Both the position numbers and the translations under genes were made by a program. 51,834 nt of DNA from the IMG/VR virus record IMGVR_UViG_3300028581_000002, positions 1-51,834 of that record; one strand, written 5' to 3'. The DNA comes from a virus. Taxonomy: Duplodnaviria > Caudoviricetes. The notes under the pieces were generated by a model, which saw only the letters and a program-made list of their open reading frames with translations, was not told the DNA's origin and searched no databases. How positions within the stretch are numbered: the first letter of the stretch is position 1; every line of letters starts with the position of its first letter. Below, in pieces: positions 9,955 to 16,685 of this stretch.

Positions 9955-10464
9955 TTATTTCTTCTTATCGGCAATCATTTTGTTAACGCGAGAATTAATA
10001 TCTTTAAGGTCTTTGGTATTTTGATATACCAGTGTTCTTCTTACGTTATCTTTAAAACTACCAGCTTTTTTCGATTCTCTATCCGCTTTGTCTGTTAGAA
10101 TTGGATGAACTAAGTTATTCATAGTTACTTTTCCAGCTTCTTTTAACCAAGAAGATCCTTTGTTGATCGACTTCTGATTAACATCTTTCATTTTCTTTTT
10201 ATCAGCGAGTATTTTGTCAACACGAGAATTAATATCCTTAAGATCTTTGGTGCTTTGATACGCCAGCGTTCTTCTAACATTGTCTTTAAAACTGCCGGCT
10301 TTTTTTGATTCTCTATCGGCTTTGTCTGTTATGATTGGGTGGAGTAGATTATTTTTGGTTACTTTTCCAGCTTCTTTTAACCAAGAAGATTTACCTTTTC
10401 TTTTTCCCCATTTCATTCCAAGAACTCCAACATGGGCTAGTTCATTTTCACTAATCATTTTCAC
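9955..10464 (-). CDS. Basic HxGxxGMKWG-motif protein with a 66-aa internal duplication
   Basis: ELAHVGVLGMKWG; residues 26-91 repeated as 104-169. Confidence 0.75.
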   Translation of the reverse strand: MKMISENELAHVGVLGMKWGKRKGKSSWLKEAGKVTKNNLLHPIITDKADRESKKAGSFKDNVRRTLAYQSTKDLKDINSRVDKILADKKKMKDVNQKSINKGSSWLKEAGKVTMNNLVHPILTDKADRESKKAGSFKDNVRRTLVYQNTKDLKDINSRVNKMIADKKK

Positions 10465-10465
10465 G

Positions 10466-11116
10466 TCAAATGCCCCTCCTTTGCTTTTTGTACCCGTCTA
10501 TTATCCCCATTTTATGATCATCAGAATTCCAAATAACATTATTGACTTTTTCAGGCAGAATATTCCCTCCCCAACTTTTAAAACGTTCCTCATTTTGCTT
10601 ATGTTTTTTGGAAATCTGTGACATTTTCATCTTACCAAGTCTAGCGGCTATTGGAGCAACTATCATCGCTGTTTTTATACCGCCCTCGATCAAATCTTCT
10701 TTTGTGATTACACCGGAAGGACGGAGTTTTTTACCATTATCATCATATCGTTTAGACGCCGATTTAGCCAAGGCATCTTGTACCGCCATATTGGCCGCCA
10801 CTCTAACTGCCACATCAGTTGCCATTTTAGCAATATACTTTGGATCCTTTATCAGATATTTACCGCCTCTGCCTAAAAGAACATCCGTTATTACCTTTTG
10901 TGCAATTATACCCGATGCCATTTTGGTTGCCCTCACTGCAGCGCTGTGATTTCTATCTTTAAATCTCTTCGCATCCGATATATTTAAATTTTTATTCTTT
11001 TGAATATTGGAAAGTTTTTGACGATACGAGGCTTCTTTTTGTTTATGTTGCCCCCATTTCATTCCAAGAACTCCAACATGCATTAGCGATTCAAGAGATG
11101 GTTTATCTCCCTCCAT
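10466..11116 (-). CDS. Basic HxGxxGMKWG-motif protein
   Basis: SLMHVGVLGMKWG at the N-terminus; strong RBS. Confidence 0.75.
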   Translation of the reverse strand: MEGDKPSLESLMHVGVLGMKWGQHKQKEASYRQKLSNIQKNKNLNISDAKRFKDRNHSAAVRATKMASGIIAQKVITDVLLGRGGKYLIKDPKYIAKMATDVAVRVAANMAVQDALAKSASKRYDDNGKKLRPSGVITKEDLIEGGIKTAMIVAPIAARLGKMKMSQISKKHKQNEERFKSWGGNILPEKVNNVIWNSDDHKMGIIDGYKKQRRGI

Positions 11117-11155
11117 GGTAATCCCTCCTTTTATTCTATTTGTTAATTATGAACA

Positions 11156-12151
11156 CTAAAAGGAGTCGCCCAGAGCGATGCGGCGCCAATTCATACCTGT
11201 TATCGGATTAGCGATCGGACAGGTATATAGATAATCGTCATCGACCATAATTGCTATGCCGTCAGTTACTGTAGCATCTACACCGCCACTTAGAGTGCTT
11301 ACCTCTGGAGGCATTGAACCATTTGCCATATTTATATCTATTATGATATCATTACCAGCAGCACCAGCACCAGCAACATCAGCCCCTAGTATTATTGTTC
11401 CTGCCTCGCCAGGTGCGCCTGTAACTCCCTGAGCATCATTGACTAAAATAGCAGCAACAAGTTTAATTATAGCGTCTGCAGCCGAACAATCAGCACCTAA
11501 TAATAAGGTGACATCAGCAAATACATTAGTTGCTGCTGTAAAAGTCTCTGTCGTCGCAACAAGATTGCCTGCTGCACCGCCTACCAAAGCAGAAATTCTA
11601 GTTGCATTTGCTGCGAAAGCAGCAGCGCTTACTAATGGATTAGGATCGTTAAAAGCATCCGTACCGTTTATAGCAGCAATAATAGCCGCCTGAGCTCCTG
11701 CTAAGTCTACGCCTATTGATATTTCACCGTCAGCGGTGTCTGTCCCCACTGGTACAAAGGTGTATACCTTTTCGCCAATTGTCATTGTGTCTCCACTAGT
11801 TGGCTGGGTATCGATAGTTAAAACACAAGATGCTGCTGTAGCATCTTCAGAAATATTAACTGCAATATTTGTAGGATTTGTCTTTGTTTGCGCAACATCG
11901 GCCAAGAATTCATAAATATCGGGTTCACTATTTACTGGATTAAAGATTATAACTGTTTCTCCATCAATAACTACCCCAGTAATAGAAAGTGTTTCTTTAG
12001 CCGAAACAGCATTTTTAGGTGTGCCAACTGAAGATATAGCGGATATAGCACCAATAATTTCCTGAATTCTATTTCCTAGACTTACCCCTTGATCAAGAAC
12101 TTCGGATAAATTGTTTAAAACTTTCTTTTCTTTGACTGTTAAACCATTCAT
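11156..12151 (-). CDS. Putative virion decoration/fibre-like protein
   Basis: Ala/Gly/Thr-rich; in the head module; C-terminal DDDYLYTC...WRRIAL. Confidence 0.5.
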   Translation of the reverse strand: MNGLTVKEKKVLNNLSEVLDQGVSLGNRIQEIIGAISAISSVGTPKNAVSAKETLSITGVVIDGETVIIFNPVNSEPDIYEFLADVAQTKTNPTNIAVNISEDATAASCVLTIDTQPTSGDTMTIGEKVYTFVPVGTDTADGEISIGVDLAGAQAAIIAAINGTDAFNDPNPLVSAAAFAANATRISALVGGAAGNLVATTETFTAATNVFADVTLLLGADCSAADAIIKLVAAILVNDAQGVTGAPGEAGTIILGADVAGAGAAGNDIIIDINMANGSMPPEVSTLSGGVDATVTDGIAIMVDDDYLYTCPIANPITGMNWRRIALGDSF

Positions 12152-12166
12152 TTTATTATCCTCCTT

Positions 12167-13912
12167 TTATTCAAACGCATCTTTATTTAGTTTATATAGC
12201 ACCCAAGCATCCATTAATGCTGAGACACTATCTATTTTTAAATCGTGTCTTTTCTTAAGAAGTTTGCGATTACCATTTGTATCTTCTAGAGTAATTGCAT
12301 TTCCCATAGCAAATTCCATAAGTTCTTGATCAAATATCAACATTCTTTCTTCAGAGAGAGTCTTCAATTCGCCAAGAGGAACTGACTCTGTTTTTACACC
12401 CTGAATAACCTTATCCACGCCATAATCTCCGTTTTCTTGCTTCCAACGGGTTACAAATTCTTTAGCATTATAAGGATCAAAGCCGAAGCAACGCACATCA
12501 AACTGAGAATCTTCTATGTACTTGTCCAGATCGTCATAAACATCCATCATATCCAAAACAGCACAATCAAGTACCATTAAGGAACCTTCTTCTATGAATT
12601 TATCATACTTAAATCTCATAGCACCTGGTAGTTTCATTAGTGTTAATGATGAAATATAGCAACGGGTTTTAATTCCAAATGTACCATCGGACAATGGAAA
12701 TAGAAAAGTAAAAGCACAGAAATCATCGCCTTGAGAAAGATCTCCGCCCAATGCACATGGCAATGACCAGAATTCTCTCCTCCTATGTGGTAAGGTTTCC
12801 TCATAAGTGAAGAAATATGTATAACCTTCCATTGGAATGCCGAATCTTTTGGCTAATATATCATTCCTTGTAGCCGGAGCATTCTCAGCACGCTCTACAT
12901 CCAATTGATAAGTTTCATAACTAACGGTTTTACCAATATTAGGATTGGCTTTAACCCACATTGATGGGTCATTGACTTCTGTTACATCGTCAAGTCGATA
13001 ATACCAAATAGAAACGTGAGGGTTTATATAGTCTCCTCTAAGGATATTCATTAGCTCCATTTTAATTGTATCACCAGAACTATTACGAACTGTTCCTTCA
13101 GAACTCATTGCTATTATTAAATAATCATCTAACTTGGAGGCTCCTTGTTCTATTGCTCCTACAACATCTTCTCTAATATCACCGGATAACCATTCATCTA
13201 CGGTCGATACCTTAGGTCTAAGTCCTTGAAGTTTATCAATACTCATTGGCCGAATCTCAAGAATAGAACCAGTCAAGAAATTTTCGATACCTTTCTTTGT
13301 AGATGCTAGCTTCAATCTTTTAGCTTTAGACCCAGTAGTATTTTGCATTGATCCCTCTGTTAAGAATTGAAACAAGGGTCCACGAGAACGTGTAATGGCG
13401 GTTCGAACTGGCGACATAACCTCATCCGCCTGTTTCATTGTTGGGGCAGTAGTTATTTGATGATTTGTGGACGTATCTACATTTAGAAAATAGTTCTGAA
13501 CACATGAACCATAAATCGATTTAGCTCCACCACGGGCAACAATTAAATATTGTTTACGAATTAGTCTAGTTTTAATACTTTTACGAACATATTTACCACC
13601 GTGGCCGTCTTCACCAGGATCATATACGCTTCTTTCGATATAGTAATACCATCCAAAAATTTGTTCGGCCCAAAGTTTAAAACTATCTAATAGTACCAAA
13701 TCAGCCCCATCAGTAAGAGTAAGCTCGCATTCACAATATTCAATAAACCCCTCAACAGCATCCTCGTCGTAATATATTCCTTTGTTTGCTATGAGATCAT
13801 CTATACGATTCATTTCCATCGAGATTTCTTTACATACCGGAATATTGCCCAGCATTACGTCTTCTCTAAATTGAGCATAATACTTAGGCGTTGCTGTGTT
13901 CGACAGTCCCAT
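12167..13912 (-). CDS. terL: Terminase large subunit
   Basis: Walker A VARGGAKS, Walker B VDE, nuclease GGDLSQGDD, FDPYN and KIDSVSA motifs. Confidence 0.95.
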   Translation of the reverse strand: MGLSNTATPKYYAQFREDVMLGNIPVCKEISMEMNRIDDLIANKGIYYDEDAVEGFIEYCECELTLTDGADLVLLDSFKLWAEQIFGWYYYIERSVYDPGEDGHGGKYVRKSIKTRLIRKQYLIVARGGAKSIYGSCVQNYFLNVDTSTNHQITTAPTMKQADEVMSPVRTAITRSRGPLFQFLTEGSMQNTTGSKAKRLKLASTKKGIENFLTGSILEIRPMSIDKLQGLRPKVSTVDEWLSGDIREDVVGAIEQGASKLDDYLIIAMSSEGTVRNSSGDTIKMELMNILRGDYINPHVSIWYYRLDDVTEVNDPSMWVKANPNIGKTVSYETYQLDVERAENAPATRNDILAKRFGIPMEGYTYFFTYEETLPHRRREFWSLPCALGGDLSQGDDFCAFTFLFPLSDGTFGIKTRCYISSLTLMKLPGAMRFKYDKFIEEGSLMVLDCAVLDMMDVYDDLDKYIEDSQFDVRCFGFDPYNAKEFVTRWKQENGDYGVDKVIQGVKTESVPLGELKTLSEERMLIFDQELMEFAMGNAITLEDTNGNRKLLKKRHDLKIDSVSALMDAWVLYKLNKDAFE

Positions 13913-13915
13913 ACA

Positions 13916-14494
13916 TTATACCTTTTGTGTTACAGCGCCCGTTACTGCTTTCTTGACAGCTTGTCCAAATGGAGTACTACCAAGAGCATAAAGCGCGGCA
14001 AGTGTTGTTCCTGCTGCAGTAACAGCCTTAACAGCATCTAAGCCTTTTGAATAATCACTAACTTTTAGTTCTCTCAGCGATTTTTCTAGTTGTAACCTAG
14101 TATTAAGGGATTTGAGTTCTTGATTGGTCAGATGTTTATATCCTTTTGCTTTTGCTTCCCTAGCAGCAGTATAATCATCTGCTATAGGTAGTTTCTTCTT
14201 TTTCTTACCAGGTTTATTACCACCAGAACTCCTTTTACCCCATTTCATTCCTGGGATTCCGAAGTGCGATAATACTTTATCGGCTCCGTCATGATAAAGA
14301 TTTTCAATTGCTTCTTCGGTGCTAACTTCTGGACGATCATAAGAAACAGAATTACCAAAAGAATTTATTGGCATGCTCTTACGTTTAAGACTGCCAATTA
14401 AATCTTGGGCTTCACTTTCTCTACGCAGTCTGATGATTAAATCGTCAAGCTCTTTATCCGTCGCATTTTTAATTGATTTTGATTTATCGGCCAT
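13916..14494 (-). CDS. HxGxxGMKWG-motif protein
   Basis: Internal LSHFGIPGMKWG; LTNQEL...RLQLEK. Confidence 0.7.
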   Translation of the reverse strand: MADKSKSIKNATDKELDDLIIRLRRESEAQDLIGSLKRKSMPINSFGNSVSYDRPEVSTEEAIENLYHDGADKVLSHFGIPGMKWGKRSSGGNKPGKKKKKLPIADDYTAAREAKAKGYKHLTNQELKSLNTRLQLEKSLRELKVSDYSKGLDAVKAVTAAGTTLAALYALGSTPFGQAVKKAVTGAVTQKV

Positions 14495-14516
14495 GCATGT
14501 TACCTCCTTCTTTCTA

Positions 14517-14855
14517 TTAACTTTGAGTTTCTGCTTGGGAATTAATACACCATTCTAATTCTGCAATTTGAGATTTTATTGCATCAACTAGGAAACCGGT
14601 CTGTGGAGGGTCAAATATAAGACGAGTTTTTAGATATATGTAATCTTTCACCCACTCCATGTCAATCGCATCTCCTATATAATTCGCCCATTCTGTTGCA
14701 TTGTCGATTCTGAAACCTTCTGTGGGTCCAACGCCAAGTTGGGTCAACCTTCTTAGAGCCGAATTTATATGAATTGTTACATCCATATCAAAGTGCGTAT
14801 ATTCTGGTTCAATACCAAGAAGTTTCTTAATGCTATTTAGTATTGTAAGTTCCAT
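14517..14855 (-). CDS. Head-tail connector (gp6-like)
   Basis: ILNSIKKLLG...FDPP...ELEW, 112 aa. Confidence 0.65.
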   Translation of the reverse strand: MELTILNSIKKLLGIEPEYTHFDMDVTIHINSALRRLTQLGVGPTEGFRIDNATEWANYIGDAIDMEWVKDYIYLKTRLIFDPPQTGFLVDAIKSQIAELEWCINSQAETQS

Positions 14856-15262
14856 AAATTAGTATCCCCCTTCCGACGTTCTTTTGGTAGTTGTGTTAAT
14901 AACGAAGAATCTCCAAAGTGAATTGCGTTATGTGTGTTATGGGTAGAACATATAAGATTGTCCAGATCAAAAACACAATCTGCTCCATACTCAATATCGT
15001 CAATAGTTATTGGATTTATATGATGTACTATTATTCTATCATAAATTTCTCTATCCTCGATCCCAAGGTCGCATCCCTCATCACGAACTATTACATCACG
15101 ACGAACGAATTTCCATTCCCGTGAATTATATAATACTTGATTGAGATATCTATCGGCGCCAAAAGTTGATCGCCCAATAGTTCCACCTATTTTTAGATAG
15201 TTGAATCGTTCTTCGAATGTGTAAAGACGACGTAGGTCTCTATAAGATTTAATCATCGTCAT
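14837..15262 (-). CDS. HNH endonuclease (terminase-associated)
   Basis: VIVRD..C...VHHINP...NLIC...THNAIH. Confidence 0.85.
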   Translation of the reverse strand: MTMIKSYRDLRRLYTFEERFNYLKIGGTIGRSTFGADRYLNQVLYNSREWKFVRRDVIVRDEGCDLGIEDREIYDRIIVHHINPITIDDIEYGADCVFDLDNLICSTHNTHNAIHFGDSSLLTQLPKERRKGDTNLWNLQY

Positions 15263-15590
15263 CGCCTCTTCTATTTCCAGAATAGGTTTTCATAGCGTTC
15301 AACGCATTAGTGTAGAGTTCTTCGACTCTCTTGCCGGACTGAATTGATTCTGTCTTTGCTTTTATGAGTTCCTTTTGTAGAACAAGAATTTCTTTCTCTT
15401 CTCGTTCTTTAGTGGAACCTAATTTTAAAAAGTGTGATATTACCTGAGAGCTTGCCGTTCCTTCTCGCATCTGCTTCTCTGCAACTTGAATTGCTAGTGA
15501 TATCATCCGATTCTCTATTGCCTCTGGAGTGGTTCCAGGAGGTCTTCTTTTTTGTGTCTTTGGCGTATGGTCATATGTATTTCCCAACAC
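15249..15590 (-). CDS. Probable terminase small subunit
   Basis: Small helical protein upstream of HNH and TerL; GTG start with strong RBS; call is positional. Confidence 0.5.
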   Translation of the reverse strand: MLGNTYDHTPKTQKRRPPGTTPEAIENRMISLAIQVAEKQMREGTASSQVISHFLKLGSTKEREEKEILVLQKELIKAKTESIQSGKRVEELYTNALNAMKTYSGNRRGDDDD

Positions 15591-15621
15591 TAAAGACCTC
15601 CTTTCAAAACTAGTTTATGAT

Positions 15622-15730
15622 ATTTTAGAGAGACTTATGTAAGGATTAAAAGTCCTTGAAAGGAGCCCCGACTCACCACTTCGGAGAAATTAATACTGAC
15701 CTTTAATCCTTATATAAGTCTCTCTAAAAT
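15622..15730 (-). ncRNA. Long intergenic hairpin with anti-RBS loop (candidate regulatory RNA)
   Basis: 33-bp arms at 15622-15654 and 15698-15730 (31/33 complementary); loop contains CUCCUUUCAAG on the minus strand. Confidence 0.55.
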
Positions 15731-15744
15731 TTATGTAAGAATTT

Positions 15745-16257
15745 TTAAACCTCTTCGATGAACTCCATCATGATATATCCAACAATATCCGTTGTGGTAT
15801 AGATTAGGCCCCATTGACCGTCATCGGTTATGGACCTTATCTTTAACTCGAATCCTTTAGAAAGAACATCTAATATAGAGTAATCTTTATTAGGACCTTT
15901 GCGAACATTAACCTTGTTAGATGTAACCACATACACAGTAGTAGGTTCTCCACCAAGCTCGTCATCCGAGTCGTTATCCGTTTTGTCTTCTGTATCCTCT
16001 GGTATTGGTGGATTAGATGCTGATCCCTTTTCGCCATCCTCATTTGTTGGTGTTTCAGGATTTGTTGGTGTTTCAGGATTTGTTGGTGTTTCAGGATTTG
16101 TTGGTGTTTCAGGATTTGTTGGTGTTTCAGGATTCTCTAAACCCTTTTGATCTTCTGCACCCTCTGGGTTAGTTGGCAGTTGAGCGTCATCTAACTTGAT
16201 GTTAGCCTTCTCATCCACTGGATTGTTTGAATTTCTGTGCCCTCTGTTGTTTGACAT
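15745..16257 (-). CDS. Acidic low-complexity protein with C-terminal SH3b domain
   Basis: VNVRKGP...W..I...GYIMMEFI; AAGGAGG RBS before ATG 16257. Confidence 0.75.
   Translation of the reverse strand: MSNNRGHRNSNNPVDEKANIKLDDAQLPTNPEGAEDQKGLENPETPTNPETPTNPETPTNPETPTNPETPTNEDGEKGSASNPPIPEDTEDKTDNDSDDELGGEPTTVYVVTSNKVNVRKGPNKDYSILDVLSKGFELKIRSITDDGQWGLIYTTTDIVGYIMMEFIEEV
16043..16132. repeat. Tandem repeat, 5 x 18 bp, encoding NPETPT
   Basis: tttgttggtgtttcagga repeated five times exactly. Confidence 0.95.
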
Positions 16258-16329
16258 TGTAAATTCCTCCTTGTAATTGTGTTTGGTTGGTCCCTTCACG
16301 GCCCATAGAACCGGAAACATTCCCAAAAA

Positions 16330-16402
16330 TGCTCCCGCGGGGAAAAATAAAAGAGTCAGGCGATATGGGCGGGGGGTATGTGGTGCGAGACCTCCCCCCT
16401 AG
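16330..16402. other. Candidate cos/packaging site
   Basis: GC-rich island with G6 and C6 runs at the early/late boundary, upstream of HNH and terminase; inference. Confidence 0.4.
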
Positions 16403-16424
16403 TGTTAAATAATTTATTTTTTAT

Positions 16425-16667
16425 TTATTCAGAAGACATTGTAACTTTTTTATAGATTCCTAAAATATTTAAGTTAACAATTTCATCAATAGCTTGTTCG
16501 ATAGCCAAGTCTTCATCGGCTTCTGATAACTCATCACTTGTTTTAACTATTCTTGCCAAGTATGCACATGAATAATATCCATTGATCTCATCAAACTTTT
16601 TCCAATCATCAAACTGATCGAAAGGAGAAAACGGATTATCAATAGTTGTTAACATTACAGATCTCAT
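16425..16667 (-). CDS. Hypothetical acidic phage protein
   Basis: MLTTIDNPFSPF; RBS present. Confidence 0.7.
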   Translation of the reverse strand: MRSVMLTTIDNPFSPFDQFDDWKKFDEINGYYSCAYLARIVKTSDELSEADEDLAIEQAIDEIVNLNILGIYKKVTMSSE

Positions 16668-16685
16668 TAGTTTTTCTCCTTTCGA

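Noticed and set aside
16043-16132. CRISPR array
   Set aside because: Head-to-tail 18-bp repeats with no spacers, in frame within a protein
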